Shown: positions 39,667 to 50,139, numbered from the stretch's first letter. The stretch: DNA of 64,000 bases from an uncultured Desulfobacteraceae bacterium (GCA_964575805.1 CAZNSO010000005.1:21818-85817), one strand, 5' to 3'. Notes: generated by a model from the sequence alone, not told the origin. Made by a program: numbers and translations.

Positions 39667-41121
39667 TCAGGGCCGATCCTTTTCCGCTGCCGCCTGTTTG
39701 TCCTGCTCCAGGAGATGCCGGACGACCACGTCCATGCCGGTGCTGCGCGAGCCTTTCACCAGGACCCAATCGCCCGGGGCGGGGTCCCGGGCCAGCCGGG
39801 CAATTATCTCAGCCTTGCTGCCCTCGAAAACGGCATCGGCATCCATCCCGGCGCCTATGGCGCCTTCGACAATATCGCCGGCAAAGGCGCCGCTCGCGTA
39901 CAAGCGATCGATTCCCCTGACGGCCGCCTCCCTTCCCACTTCATAATGAAAGGCAGCAGCGCCTTCACCCAGTTCGAGCATATCGCCGGCAACAAGAAGG
40001 GCCCGGTGGCTCCCTTTCAAAACAGTCAGGGCGTCAATAGCGGCCTTCATTGATGCCGGATTGGCGTTATAAGCGTCGTCAACCAGGTTGACACCCCGCC
40101 GGGTAACGCAATGCGTCATCCGGCCGGGGACAGCCCGGAAATTCGCAAGTCCTTCTCGGATGCTCTCCCCGGAAAGCCCCAGTGCATAGCCCACTGCCGC
40201 TGCGGCCAGGGCATTGGCTATCATGTATTGGCCCGGGGCATTGAGCGCAACGGCTATCCGGGCATCCGGAAGCACAAGCTCAAATTCGGTGCGCACCCCC
40301 ATCTGCCGAACCGCCTCGGCCCGCACGTCCAGCCGGACCTCAGAACGCTTGCCCATGCCGAAATACAGGACCCGGTTCCGCGCCATGGCCCCCAATCTAC
40401 CGGCAAAAGCATCATTTCCGTTCAGAACAACCGTTCCTTCCGGCTTCACGTGCGGAAGCATCTCCGCCTTGGCGGACATGACCCGCTCGATATCGCGCAT
40501 CCCCTCCAGATGAGCCGGACCGATATTGGTGATGACGCCGATATCCGGAAGACTGATCGCGGCCAGCCGGTCGATCTCTCCCGGATGGTTCATGCCGAGC
40601 TCCACAACCGCCGCCTGGTGGGAGGGGTCCAGCCGCAGAAGGGTCAAGGGCAGCCCGATCTCATTGTTGAAATTGCCTTTGGTGGCCAAAGTGTCCCGCT
40701 CCAGGCTCAGTATGGATGCCGTCATTTCCCTTGTGGTCGTTTTCCCGTTGGACCCGGTTATGGCTGCCAGGGGCACTGCCATACGCCGCCGATGAAATGC
40801 GGCAAGGTCGCCAAGGGCGCGGGTGGTATCCGCCACCAGAATACAGCAGCCGCCATCCTGAGCCCATCTGACCAGTCGCTGCCTGTCATCCGGGGGCCTG
40901 TCGACAACAATCCCCTTGATGCCCCCCTCCATAAGCTCGGGAATAAAGGCATGGCCATCGTAGCGCTCTCCCCTGATGGCAAGAAAAACCTGGTCCTCGC
41001 GAATAATGCGGGAATCAATGCAGATACCGGCAAACAGGCCCGTTTCCGGCCCTGCCACCAGGGTGCCGCCGGTGGCTTCCAGCAATTCACTGACATGCCA
41101 TTTCACCTGCTTATCCATCAA
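39667..41121 (-). CDS. murF: UDP-N-acetylmuramoyl-tripeptide--D-alanyl-D-alanine ligase
   Basis: Has GSNGKTTT and Mur ligase domains. Its start overlaps the murE stop. Confidence 0.9.
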   Translation of the reverse strand: MMDKQVKWHVSELLEATGGTLVAGPETGLFAGICIDSRIIREDQVFLAIRGERYDGHAFIPELMEGGIKGIVVDRPPDDRQRLVRWAQDGGCCILVADTTRALGDLAAFHRRRMAVPLAAITGSNGKTTTREMTASILSLERDTLATKGNFNNEIGLPLTLLRLDPSHQAAVVELGMNHPGEIDRLAAISLPDIGVITNIGPAHLEGMRDIERVMSAKAEMLPHVKPEGTVVLNGNDAFAGRLGAMARNRVLYFGMGKRSEVRLDVRAEAVRQMGVRTEFELVLPDARIAVALNAPGQYMIANALAAAAVGYALGLSGESIREGLANFRAVPGRMTHCVTRRGVNLVDDAYNANPASMKAAIDALTVLKGSHRALLVAGDMLELGEGAAAFHYEVGREAAVRGIDRLYASGAFAGDIVEGAIGAGMDADAVFEGSKAEIIARLARDPAPGDWVLVKGSRSTGMDVVVRHLLEQDKQAAAEKDRP

Positions 41122-42668
41122 TTCTGCGTCAACCCCCTCCGGGCTGTTTTCCGATCATCAAAAGGCAGAACCGCTTCGCCCACAATCTGATACGATTCGT
41201 GCCCCTTACCAGCCACCAGCACCGTGTCTCCGGTTTTTGCCGCACGGATGCCCAAAAATATGGCCTGCTCCCGATCCGGCTCAACCGCGAAACAGGCCTG
41301 ATCCCCGACGCCTTCGGCCAGCTGCGCGCCTGTCACCTGGCGCGGCAAAACCCGATGAACCCCCGTGCGGATGGCGGCGATGATATCCATCGGCGGCTCT
41401 GTGCGCGGATTATCCGAGGTGATAATGACCACATCACTCAGGCGGGCGGCAACCTCCCCCATCTTTGCCCGCTTATCCGCATCCCTGTCCCCGCCGCAGC
41501 CGAAAACGCAGATCAACCTGCCGGCATTGATCTCCCGCAGGGTTTCCAATACATTCTCCAGGGCTTTCGGGGTATGGGCATAGTCCACGAATATATGCCG
41601 CCCCGCCTCATCGTCAATTCGCTCCAGGCGGCCGGGAACATTTGAGAAGGATTCGATTCCGGCCTTGATGGCCGCCGCCGGCACATCCAGGGCCAGGGCG
41701 GCACCCACGGCGCACAGAATATTCTCCAGGTTGAAGCGTCCCACCAGCCTGGAGCGAAGGGGGATCTCACCCTCGGGCGTTTTGATTTGCGCGCGTATGC
41801 CGGATTGATCAAAAATGGCATCCTTTGCATAAATATGGTTTTCCGGACCGGCCCCCACCCGGATCACCCGGCAGCCGGTCAGCTCCGCCGCCAGTTCCCG
41901 GCCGGCTGCATCGGCTGTGTGGATAACCGCGACACCGGCGCCTCTCTTCCCTCCAGCCGGACGCAGATACTCCGTAAACAAGCGCTTTTTGGCCTTGCCA
42001 TACGCCCTCATGTCCTTGTGGAAATCCAGGTGATCCTGGCTCAGGTTGCTGAAGACCGCCACATCGAATTCACACCCCCTGACCCGCTCCAGTTCCAGCC
42101 CGTGTGAGGAGACTTCCATTACCGCATGGCTCACGCCGGCATCGCGCATGTCCGCCAGGATCCGCTGCAGCTCCGGGGCCTCGGGGGTGGTCAGGGGATT
42201 GTCAAAGACCTCTCCGGCGTAACGATAATTGATCGTCCCGATCACGCCCGCCCGGATCTGCCCGGAAGCCAGAATGTGTTCGGTCAGACAGGCAATGGTG
42301 GTTTTCCCGTTGGTTCCGGTGATGCCCGTCATTACCAGATGCCGGGAAGGGGTGCCGAAAAAACAGGCGGATGCCAGTGCCAGGGCTTTGCGGGAATCAT
42401 TGACCCGTATCCGCACGGCCTTTTCCGGAACCCCCACGTCCTGTTCCACCACCACGGCCACGGCGCCCCTGGATACGGCGTCGGCCACATAAGCATGCCC
42501 GTCGGCCCGGGTTCCCCGGATCGCAACGAAAAGAGTTCCCGGCACCACCCTGTCCGAGCGGTGGTGGATGGCGGCAACCGGGATCGACGCGCCGCTGTCC
42601 CCGCCCTTGCCGGTCGGGTTTTCGGAAACAACCGGGCGCATCGCCTCAATTAAGCTGGCAAGGTTCAT
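41118..42668 (-). CDS. murE: UDP-N-acetylmuramoyl-L-alanyl-D-glutamate--2,6-diaminopimelate ligase
   Basis: Has GTNGKTT and the meso-DAP-type DNPR motif (SDNPRTE). Its start overlaps the ftsI stop. Confidence 0.92.
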   Translation of the reverse strand: MNLASLIEAMRPVVSENPTGKGGDSGASIPVAAIHHRSDRVVPGTLFVAIRGTRADGHAYVADAVSRGAVAVVVEQDVGVPEKAVRIRVNDSRKALALASACFFGTPSRHLVMTGITGTNGKTTIACLTEHILASGQIRAGVIGTINYRYAGEVFDNPLTTPEAPELQRILADMRDAGVSHAVMEVSSHGLELERVRGCEFDVAVFSNLSQDHLDFHKDMRAYGKAKKRLFTEYLRPAGGKRGAGVAVIHTADAAGRELAAELTGCRVIRVGAGPENHIYAKDAIFDQSGIRAQIKTPEGEIPLRSRLVGRFNLENILCAVGAALALDVPAAAIKAGIESFSNVPGRLERIDDEAGRHIFVDYAHTPKALENVLETLREINAGRLICVFGCGGDRDADKRAKMGEVAARLSDVVIITSDNPRTEPPMDIIAAIRTGVHRVLPRQVTGAQLAEGVGDQACFAVEPDREQAIFLGIRAAKTGDTVLVAGKGHESYQIVGEAVLPFDDRKTARRGLTQN

Positions 42669-44419
42669 GCGCCCCTCTCCCGTCTCGGAGCGGAGACTTC
42701 ATAGTGCTGCCGCTCCATGTTTCGCGGAATGTCCATGTAATTGAAAGCCTCGAAGATGATGCTGCGAAATGCCGGCGCGGCCACCACTCCGCCGTAGTGA
42801 TGCTTCTGCGGCTCGTCAATGACAACCAGGACGGCCAACTCCGGAGAACGCCGCGGCGAAAACCCGACAAACAAACCATTATACTCGCAGTTTTCATAGG
42901 TGCCGCTGGCATTGATTTTCTGGGCGGTTCCGGTTTTTCCGCACACCGTATAGCCGGGCGGCACGGCCTGGCTTCCCGTTCCTTCACTGCCCGTGACGGC
43001 AAACATCATGTTTTTCAGCTGCGCGGCGGTCTCTGCAGAGATTGCCCGGCCCCTGCTTTCCGGGCTGCGTTTTTTTATCACCCGCCCGTCTTTATCGGTA
43101 ATGGCCTTTACAAGCCGGGGTTTCATCACAACCCCGTCATTGGCGATGGCGGATATGGCTGAAAGCAGCTGCACCGCGGACACTGTGATGCCCTGGCCAA
43201 AAGCGATTGTGGCCTGATCTATGGTACGCCACCCCTGGTAATGCCGCAGCCGGCCGGAGGTTTCCCCGGGACAGTCGATCCCGGTTTTCTCCCCGAACCC
43301 GAACGCCCGCAGGGTTTCATAAAGCCTTTTGCCGCCCACCTGCTCCGCGATTTTGGTTGCCCCGATATTGCTGGAATACTTGATCACCTCGGAAACTTTC
43401 AGCCGTTCATGCGCATGGATATCATTTATCACATGCCCGCCGGTACGGTAGCGGCCATTCTCACAATCAATAACCGAGTCCGGATCACAGATGCCGGCTT
43501 CAAGTGCGGCCGCCACGGTGAAAACCTTCATGGTGGAGCCGGGTTCGAAGGAATCGCTGATGGCCCGGTTCCGCCAGGTTTCGGTGGGGTATTGCGCGAA
43601 ATTATTCGGATCAAACGTCGGGTAATGAGCGATTGCGCGGATAGCGCCGGTCTGTGGCACCATCACAACGGCCATCCCCGAGCGGGCACGATTTTTCCTG
43701 ACAGCGGATTCCAGCGCTTTTTCCGTAATATACTGGATGTTGCTGTCGAGAGTGAGAACGAGATTGTTCCCGTCGCTCTCCTTGCGGCATTCGTTCCTCC
43801 GATGAAAAATCCGGCCCATCGCATCCCGGATGATGGTGGAACGCTTTGAATTTCCCTGCAGCTGCCCGTCGTAATAATATTCCAACCCTTCCAGGCCTTT
43901 TTGATCCACCCCGGCAAAACCCAGCACCTGGGCCGCCAGGCTTTTATTCGGGTATATCCGGCAATACCCCGGAATATACTCCAGCCCCCTGATACGCTGC
44001 TTTTTCAAGGCTTCCGCCTGCATGGGAGAGGCGTCACGATCCAGCCAGACGAACGTGGCTTTTTTTCTCAATTGCGACTCGATGCGCCCCCGGCAAACGT
44101 CGAGATGGCCGGCGATTTTCGGGGCCACCCGGGCAGGGGCGGCAATCGCCTCCGGATGCGCTCCCACGGAAGTTATCCGCGTGCTGGCGACAAGCTCCTT
44201 CATATTCCTGTCGTAGATGCCGCCCCGTCGCCCCCTATGTTCCTCCCCCTTCTGGTATTGCCCGGAGGCCTGCCGGGACAAATCCGCATCCGTGACCACC
44301 TGGATATAGAATGTCTTTGCGCCGATGATGGCATAGCAGAAGGTGAAAAAGCAGCCCACCATCAAAATTCTGAAATTGCGGCGCTTGATCCGCTCTTTTC
44401 CGGCTTTGCTCCAGTTCAT
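42665..44419 (-). CDS. ftsI: peptidoglycan D,D-transpeptidase FtsI (class B PBP)
   Basis: Has an N-terminal TM helix and the transpeptidase motifs STMK, SSN and KTGT. Confidence 0.92.
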   Translation of the reverse strand: MNWSKAGKERIKRRNFRILMVGCFFTFCYAIIGAKTFYIQVVTDADLSRQASGQYQKGEEHRGRRGGIYDRNMKELVASTRITSVGAHPEAIAAPARVAPKIAGHLDVCRGRIESQLRKKATFVWLDRDASPMQAEALKKQRIRGLEYIPGYCRIYPNKSLAAQVLGFAGVDQKGLEGLEYYYDGQLQGNSKRSTIIRDAMGRIFHRRNECRKESDGNNLVLTLDSNIQYITEKALESAVRKNRARSGMAVVMVPQTGAIRAIAHYPTFDPNNFAQYPTETWRNRAISDSFEPGSTMKVFTVAAALEAGICDPDSVIDCENGRYRTGGHVINDIHAHERLKVSEVIKYSSNIGATKIAEQVGGKRLYETLRAFGFGEKTGIDCPGETSGRLRHYQGWRTIDQATIAFGQGITVSAVQLLSAISAIANDGVVMKPRLVKAITDKDGRVIKKRSPESRGRAISAETAAQLKNMMFAVTGSEGTGSQAVPPGYTVCGKTGTAQKINASGTYENCEYNGLFVGFSPRRSPELAVLVVIDEPQKHHYGGVVAAPAFRSIIFEAFNYMDIPRNMERQHYEVSAPRRERGA

Positions 44420-44730
44420 GGGATCACAACAATGTGTTCCGTTTCGGGGGTTATCAGTTCAAACCGGTTTTCCGCCAGCCGGCTGAGGGTTTGCGGCGCG
44501 GTCAGGCGGGCCAGCTCAATCTTGAGATTCTTCTGCATCTCCAAAAGTTCCTCCTGACGCTGCCCGGCTTCCGAGATCTGGTAACCGGTCCGAATACACT
44601 TGACACCGCACCATGTGTGGAAAAAAACCCCGCCCATTAAAAAAGCCAGCAGCAGCAGGCCCAGCCTGAAAAGCCCCGGTGGTATCCGGGAGGATTTGGT
44701 TTTGCGGCTGTTTTTTCCGTTTTTGTCCAA
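44416..44730 (-). CDS. ftsL: cell division protein FtsL
   Basis: 104 aa bitopic protein (LGLLLLAFLMGGVFF) with a coiled-coil segment, located between rsmH and ftsI. Confidence 0.8.
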   Translation of the reverse strand: MDKNGKNSRKTKSSRIPPGLFRLGLLLLAFLMGGVFFHTWCGVKCIRTGYQISEAGQRQEELLEMQKNLKIELARLTAPQTLSRLAENRFELITPETEHIVVIP

Positions 44731-44760
44731 AATGGACTCCCTGAGACGACAATCGAGTGA

Positions 44761-45699
44761 TTAAAGTTTTTCCGCCGCGCGCAGGCAGGTGCTTCGCGCC
44801 ATGGGGTTGGCCGCCACCTCTGCGGCGCCGGGACGCCGGAGCTTTTTGGTTAAAATGCGCAGCCGGGGCGAATTCCGGCAGACGCAGCGCGGAAAATCCG
44901 CCGGGCAGGTGCAGGGATTTTCCATGGCCCGGAGGCGATGCTTGACGATTCGATCCTCCAGCGAATGGAACGACAGCAGACAGATTCGCCCGCCCGGCCG
45001 AAGCGCATCAACGGCCACCTCCAGAAATTGCCCGAGTCGCTCCAGTTCGTTATTGACAGCAATCCGAAGCGCCATGAACACCTTGGTTGCCGGATGAATC
45101 TGACGTTTCCGGATAGCCCGCTGCGGTATGGCGGCGCAGACCAGATCAACGAGCTCGCCGGTTGTCCGGATATGGTTTTTTTCCCGGTAAGTGACAATTT
45201 TTTCAGCAATCCGCCCTGCCCATGGCTCTTCACCGTAAGTCTTAAAAAGATGCTTCAATGTATTTGCTGAGGATGAGTTGAGAATCTCTGCAGCAGTAAC
45301 GGAACCCTCCGTATCCATCCGCATATCCAGCGGTTCGTCGCCCTGGAAGCTGAACCCCCGGCCGCTGCCCTCCAGCTGGTACAAGGACAGCCCGAGATCG
45401 GCCAGGATGCCGTCTACTTTCTCAACATTAATTTTTTTCAGAATATTTGAAAGATTGACAAAATTGTCATGAAAAAGACGAACGTTTTTCTGATAAGGGG
45501 CCAGGGCCACCGCTGCGGCGTCAACAGCCGCTTTGTCTTGATCAATGCCTATCAGAAGCCCCTCCGGCAGGATCTTTTCGATAATGGCCCTTGCATGGCC
45601 TGCCCCCCCCACCGTGCAATCGACGCAGATTTTTCCCGGCCGGCAATTCAGAAAGCCGAGAACTTCATCGACCATGACAGGGATATGGCGGTATGGCAT
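44761..45699 (-). CDS. rsmH: 16S rRNA (cytosine1402-N4)-methyltransferase
   Basis: Has HIPVMVDEVL, DCTVGGAGHA and SFHSLEDRIVK. Confidence 0.93.
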   Translation of the reverse strand: MPYRHIPVMVDEVLGFLNCRPGKICVDCTVGGAGHARAIIEKILPEGLLIGIDQDKAAVDAAAVALAPYQKNVRLFHDNFVNLSNILKKINVEKVDGILADLGLSLYQLEGSGRGFSFQGDEPLDMRMDTEGSVTAAEILNSSSANTLKHLFKTYGEEPWAGRIAEKIVTYREKNHIRTTGELVDLVCAAIPQRAIRKRQIHPATKVFMALRIAVNNELERLGQFLEVAVDALRPGGRICLLSFHSLEDRIVKHRLRAMENPCTCPADFPRCVCRNSPRLRILTKKLRRPGAAEVAANPMARSTCLRAAEKL

Positions 45700-45703
45700 G
45701 GTA

Positions 45704-46153
45704 TCAAAGCCCTAGTTTGGCAATTTCCTGTTGAACCTCCTCATTCTGCATATCCTCTTCTTCCAGCTTGAGATTCTCATCTTCCCACCGCTGTTTTGAC
45801 CAGATTTCGAAGTGATCCAGAACGCCGACCAGGACGATTTCTTTCTGCAGTTTAGCATAGTTTCGCAATTCAGGCGGAATCAGGATGCGTCCCTGCTTAT
45901 CCACCGGGCAGTGCTGCACCGCCCCGATAAAAACCCGCCTGAACCGACGCATTGCCTCACTCTTTTCAGCAAGCAAATGGATCCGTTCCTCAATTTTTTC
46001 CCATTCCGCCACCGGATACGCAAAAAGGGCATTGTCCAGGCGGGAGACCATGAGTGCCTGGTCTCCTTTACCATTGAGGGCCTCCCGGAATCTCACCGGA
46101 ATGATAATCCGCCCCTTGGTGTCGATCGTATGATATGAGCTTCCCCTGAACAA
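45704..46153 (-). CDS. mraZ: transcriptional regulator MraZ
   Basis: Carries two SpoVT/AbrB-type DXXXR repeats, IDTKGRIIIP and VDKQGRILIP. A TTG start at 46153 gives the canonical (M)FRGSSYHTIDTKGR N-terminus, with GGAG 10 nt upstream. The longest ORF, from the ATG at 46189, lacks an SD sequence. Confidence 0.88.
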   Translation of the reverse strand: MFRGSSYHTIDTKGRIIIPVRFREALNGKGDQALMVSRLDNALFAYPVAEWEKIEERIHLLAEKSEAMRRFRRVFIGAVQHCPVDKQGRILIPPELRNYAKLQKEIVLVGVLDHFEIWSKQRWEDENLKLEEEDMQNEEVQQEIAKLGL

Positions 46154-46163
46154 TGGGCCAGAA

Positions 46164-46189
46164 CTCCATTTACATCCATTTTCATCCAC
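46164..46189 (-). promoter_or_regulatory. candidate MraZ operator: three direct TGGA repeats at exact 10-bp spacing
   Basis: Minus strand reads GTGGAtgaaaaTGGATgtaaaTGGAG. On the plus strand TCCA occurs at 46165-68, 46175-78 and 46185-88. The repeats lie between the predicted -10 and the mraZ start. Confidence 0.4.
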
Positions 46190-46199
46190 ATTTAATGAT

Positions 46200-46227
46200 A
46201 TATTATCGAAAGTTTGCTTTATGTCAA
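46200..46227 (-). promoter_or_regulatory. candidate sigma70-type dcw (mra) promoter
   Basis: Minus strand reads TTGACA (46227-46222) - N16 - TAATAT (46205-46200), within an AT-rich tract upstream of mraZ. Confidence 0.5.
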
Positions 46228-46420
46228 TAAAAAAACATTTTTTAATTATTTTTTTTTCTAATGATTATTGCAGGTTAATTTTAAGCATGAAAAGAAAATG
46301 GATTGTGGATGTTTGTGGGAGGACTATTAGGGTTGAAACAGGGGCTGCCTGTAAGGTATGGAAGAAAAACATTCCGAATCATTCGAACGGAAAACAGAAA
46401 AATCTAATTCGGAGGGACCA

Positions 46421-47038
46421 ATGGCCGTTATTACCATCAGCAATGAATACGCGACCCGGAGCCAGCAGGTGGCGGCAGGAGTGGCCGAGAAAATGGGCTA
46501 TGAATATGTGGGCGACCAGCTCCTGGCGCAGATTGCCAAGGAGCTTCATCTTTCCAGCCACGAGGCCGACACCTTCCGGCAGACATCCAAATCCTCCATT
46601 CTCCGCTTTGTCGACCGCTACACCTGCAGCATCGTCCAGAAGGTCGTGGACCGCGAGTACGGCTGCCTGGATGACCGCAGCTATTACGAAAAAACACGGG
46701 AACTCGTGGAACGCATTTACGAAGCGGGTAATGCCATCATACTGGGGTGGGGTTCCCAGTGCATCCTGAAAGGCAAGCCCGACACCCTGCACGTGCGCCT
46801 GAAAAAGGATCCGGAATTAAAAATCCGGGACCTGGTGGAAGCGCACGATTACAGCCGGAAGGAAGCTGAAAAAAAGATCAGGCAGGAAGAGAATGACCTA
46901 AAGGCCTACATCAGCCACTATTTCAATGAAGACTGGAATGACGCGCGTCTCTATGACCTGGTCATCGACATGGGGAAAAACTCGGTTACGCAGGCGGTGG
47001 AGATGATCTGCGAACACGTGGGAAAGCGCACATCGTGA
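46421..47038 (+). CDS. cytidylate kinase-like family protein
   Basis: ATG at 46421 is preceded by GGAGGG. The N-terminal ITISNEYATRSQQVAAGVAEKMGYEYV pattern is typical of the P-loop-degenerate cytidylate-kinase-like family, recalled from memory. Confidence 0.55.
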   Translation: MAVITISNEYATRSQQVAAGVAEKMGYEYVGDQLLAQIAKELHLSSHEADTFRQTSKSSILRFVDRYTCSIVQKVVDREYGCLDDRSYYEKTRELVERIYEAGNAIILGWGSQCILKGKPDTLHVRLKKDPELKIRDLVEAHDYSRKEAEKKIRQEENDLKAYISHYFNEDWNDARLYDLVIDMGKNSVTQAVEMICEHVGKRTS

Positions 47039-47057
47039 TGCGCCTCCCGCTGGGGGT

Positions 47058-47450
47058 TCACTGCGGGGGCTCCCCCCGGCGCCGGGCGGGCTCCTCCGGG
47101 GCCTCCACATCAGCGGGCTCCCTCCATTCACACACATTGGCGAGTTCATCAATCCATGTTTTATGCCACAAGTTGACGCGGCTGCAGTAGGCGGCCCGCC
47201 CGATCAGATGGGCGGCGACCGGGGCGGTGAAAAGCAGGAAAAAAACCGCTGCCAGCGCCCGCAGCGTTATGCTCAGTTCCAGGTAATAAACGGCCAGGGC
47301 GAGAAAAATCAGCCCGGCCCCCAAAGCGCCCGCCTTGGTGGCGGCGTGCATGCGGATAATGGTGTCCGGCAGCCGCAGCATCCCTACTGACGCCACAAAT
47401 GCAAAAATGCCGCCGGCCAGTATTAATACGGCAGTTATCGTTTCAAGCAT
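47058..47450 (-). CDS. mrpG: Na+/H+ antiporter Mrp/Mnh subunit G
   Basis: Has GMLRLPDTIIRMHAATKAGALG and three TM helices. There is a ~40-aa charged C-terminal tail. Confidence 0.85.
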   Translation of the reverse strand: MLETITAVLILAGGIFAFVASVGMLRLPDTIIRMHAATKAGALGAGLIFLALAVYYLELSITLRALAAVFFLLFTAPVAAHLIGRAAYCSRVNLWHKTWIDELANVCEWREPADVEAPEEPARRRGEPPQ

Positions 47451-47453
47451 CCC

Positions 47454-47771
47454 TCACTCCTCATCCTCATCCGTATCAAGCGTGCCGGATCGTTGCGCCA
47501 GCCGCTCCCGGAATCTGGCCAGAGCGACCGTTCCCAGAAAAGCAATCAGCGCATAGGCAATGGCCACATCCAAAAATGCGCTTTCCCCGGTGTAGATGGC
47601 AAACGCCCCGAGATAAGCAACAATCAGAACCGATATCAAGTCCAGGGCGACGATGCGGTCCGCCGGGTCCGGCCCGATAACAAGCCGGATGAAGGCCAGC
47701 AGAATGGCCAGGGTCAGGAGAACCAGCGTGATCTCGGTCGCCCCTTTTAATAAAATACCTTCCGCGCCCAT
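47454..47771 (-). CDS. mrpF: Mrp/Mnh subunit F
   Basis: Has RLVIGPDPADRIVALD and is a small 3-TM protein with an acidic tail. Confidence 0.82.
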   Translation of the reverse strand: MGAEGILLKGATEITLVLLTLAILLAFIRLVIGPDPADRIVALDLISVLIVAYLGAFAIYTGESAFLDVAIAYALIAFLGTVALARFRERLAQRSGTLDTDEDEE

Positions 47772-48247
47772 CAGCGGACCGCCTCCAGAACTCTTTTTTC
47801 AATGCCCTGCTTGATTTCCCGCCGGGCTGCCGCCACGTCCTCGAGAAACATCAGGTGGACATACAAATACTGCCGGTCCGCGGAAACATCCAGGCTCAGG
47901 GTGCCGGGCGTCAGGGAGACCAGGTTCGCCACCAGCATGATCTCAAAATCGGTTTCAGCATCCAGGGGAACCGCGATCACTCCCGGGCTGCTGATCTGTT
48001 TCGGGGTGATAACATCCCACAAAACCCGGAAGTTGGAAACAAGGAGCTGCCAGATGAAATACCCGGCCAGACGAAAAATTCGGGCCACCCGCATGAAATA
48101 GGCGCCCGATTCATAAAGGGGCCGGGTGACCCAAAGCGCCAGATAGCCGATGGCAAAGCCGGCAATAAAACCGCCCAGGTTGATCTGCCCCAGAATCGCG
48201 CAAAAACCGGCGGCCAAAAACAGGTTCAACAGGAACAGATGGCTCAT
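47771..48247 (-). CDS. mrpE: Mrp/Mnh subunit E
   Basis: 158 aa MnhE-like protein by operon position and length, with LTPGTLSLDV. Confidence 0.8.
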   Translation of the reverse strand: MSHLFLLNLFLAAGFCAILGQINLGGFIAGFAIGYLALWVTRPLYESGAYFMRVARIFRLAGYFIWQLLVSNFRVLWDVITPKQISSPGVIAVPLDAETDFEIMLVANLVSLTPGTLSLDVSADRQYLYVHLMFLEDVAAARREIKQGIEKRVLEAVR

Positions 48248-49743
48248 ACGCCCCCCAACACCGCTCTTACATAAATATCCGGGTTAACCAGCTCATGGGC
48301 TGCCTGTCCGGCCATTTCCATGAACGGTCCCGGCACCAGTCCGATAATCAAGGTTATCAGCGCCAGGGCAGCCACCGGCAGAAGCATCCAGAAGCCCCCC
48401 GGCCTTTCTTCCCCTGAAGCATCGCGAGGAGCGGCTGCGCCCGCCGGTTTCCAGAAAACTTCCGCCCAGATCTTGGTCATGGAATACACCGTCAGCAGAC
48501 CGACGACAGCAGCTGTTGCCGCAACCGCAAAGGCATTGATTTCAAGGCTGGCGCGAATCAGCACCATCTTGGCCCAGAAACCGGACAAGGGCGGAAAGCC
48601 GGCCAGCGAGAAGGCCGGAATGAAAAACAGGAGCGCAACAAAGCCCCTGCTTTTGTAGAAGCCGCCGAGCTCGGAGAGCTCAAATGAGCCCCCGGCGCGC
48701 CGGGAAACCCCGGAAATCAGAAAAAGATTGGCTTTTACAATCATGTGGTGCAGCAGGTAGAAGACCGCACCGGTAAGCGCCAGGGGCGTAAACAGCGCCA
48801 GCCCCAGTACCATGTACCCGACCTGGCTGATGATATGAAAGGACAGGATCCGGCGGAACTCATTGAAAGCCGCGGCCCCCAGGACGCCGGTCACCATGGT
48901 GAAAAGGGCGGCTACCAGCAGCAGGCCATGCGTGTAGGCCGTATCAAAGGCAAAGACCAGGGTGAACATGCGGATCAAGGCATAGACGCCCACCTTGGTC
49001 AACAGCCCGGCAAGTATGGCGGAGACAGCCACCGGGGGCGTGTGATACGATACCGGCAGCCAGAAAAACAGCGGGAAGATGCCTGCCTTGATGCCGAAGG
49101 CGGCCATGAAAATGGCGGCCACCGCCGTGAGCAGCGCCTTGTCCGGCACGGCCGCGATTTTCAGATGCAGATCCGCCATATTCAGGGTGCCGGTCATGCC
49201 GTAGAGCAGCCCCAGCCCGCTGATAAACAAAAGGGTGGCAAACAGGTTGATCATCACATATTTCACCCCGCCGTCGAACTGCTCCTTTTCCTGGCCCAGG
49301 ACCAGGAGTCCGAAGGAGGCCATCAGCATCACTTCGAACCAGACATAGAGATTAAAAAGGTCACCGGTCAAAAAAGCCCCGCAGACCCCGCCGATCAGAA
49401 CATGCATCAGGGGATGGTAACCGGCGGCCATTAAGCCGGATTCAATCTCCGCCTTTGAATAGAGCATCACCGCCAGGCTGAGGGTGCCGGTAACGGCGAT
49501 CAGAATGGCACTGAGATGATCGGCGGCAAACGTTATACCGTATGGCGCCGGCCAGTCCCCGATCTGAACGGTCAGCATGCCGTTTCCGGATACATGGATA
49601 AGCAGGCCCACGCAGACGCCGAAATGAAGCATCGCCCCGAGCATGCTGAGCATCTGCTGGCGTCCGGAATCATTGCGGCACAACAGGCAAAGGGCGGCAA
49701 CGGCAAAGGGCAGAACCACCGGAAGCACCAGAAGCCAGTTCAT
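48244..49743 (-). CDS. mrpD: Mrp/Mnh subunit D (NuoN/M-like antiporter module)
   Basis: 499 aa polytopic proton-antiporter-like fold. Confidence 0.88.
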   Translation of the reverse strand: MNWLLVLPVVLPFAVAALCLLCRNDSGRQQMLSMLGAMLHFGVCVGLLIHVSGNGMLTVQIGDWPAPYGITFAADHLSAILIAVTGTLSLAVMLYSKAEIESGLMAAGYHPLMHVLIGGVCGAFLTGDLFNLYVWFEVMLMASFGLLVLGQEKEQFDGGVKYVMINLFATLLFISGLGLLYGMTGTLNMADLHLKIAAVPDKALLTAVAAIFMAAFGIKAGIFPLFFWLPVSYHTPPVAVSAILAGLLTKVGVYALIRMFTLVFAFDTAYTHGLLLVAALFTMVTGVLGAAAFNEFRRILSFHIISQVGYMVLGLALFTPLALTGAVFYLLHHMIVKANLFLISGVSRRAGGSFELSELGGFYKSRGFVALLFFIPAFSLAGFPPLSGFWAKMVLIRASLEINAFAVAATAAVVGLLTVYSMTKIWAEVFWKPAGAAAPRDASGEERPGGFWMLLPVAALALITLIIGLVPGPFMEMAGQAAHELVNPDIYVRAVLGGV

Positions 49744-50138
49744 AGGTCCCCGCCCTTCGCTTCAGTCAAGCCGGAATCCGCGGATTGTTCAAACGGTTCG
49801 GCAAAACGCATTTTTTCCGTATCTACCGTCCCCAGAGCCTGGTATGTCCTGTAAAAAAGAATAAAAACAAAAGTCAGAAGCGCAAAACCGATGACAATCG
49901 CGGTCAGAATAAGCGCCTGGGGAAGCGCGTTGGCCACTTCCCCGGCCGGAACAGCCAGGGACCCGCCAATAAGCGGCGGATTGGGGCTTGACAGTCTGCC
50001 CGCCGCAAAAATCAACAAATTGACGGCATTGGTGGCAAGGACGAGCCCGAATATAAATCGAATGATATTGCCCGCGAGCATCAGGTAAAGGCTGGCGGCA
50101 ACCATGATGCCGCACAAAAAAGCTAACACCGTTTCCAT
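49740..50138 (-). CDS. mrpC: Mrp/Mnh subunit C (NuoK-like)
   Basis: Small 3-TM NuoK-like protein with GLVLATNAVNLLIFA. Confidence 0.85.
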   Translation of the reverse strand: METVLAFLCGIMVAASLYLMLAGNIIRFIFGLVLATNAVNLLIFAAGRLSSPNPPLIGGSLAVPAGEVANALPQALILTAIVIGFALLTFVFILFYRTYQALGTVDTEKMRFAEPFEQSADSGLTEAKGGDL

Positions 50139-50139
50139 C

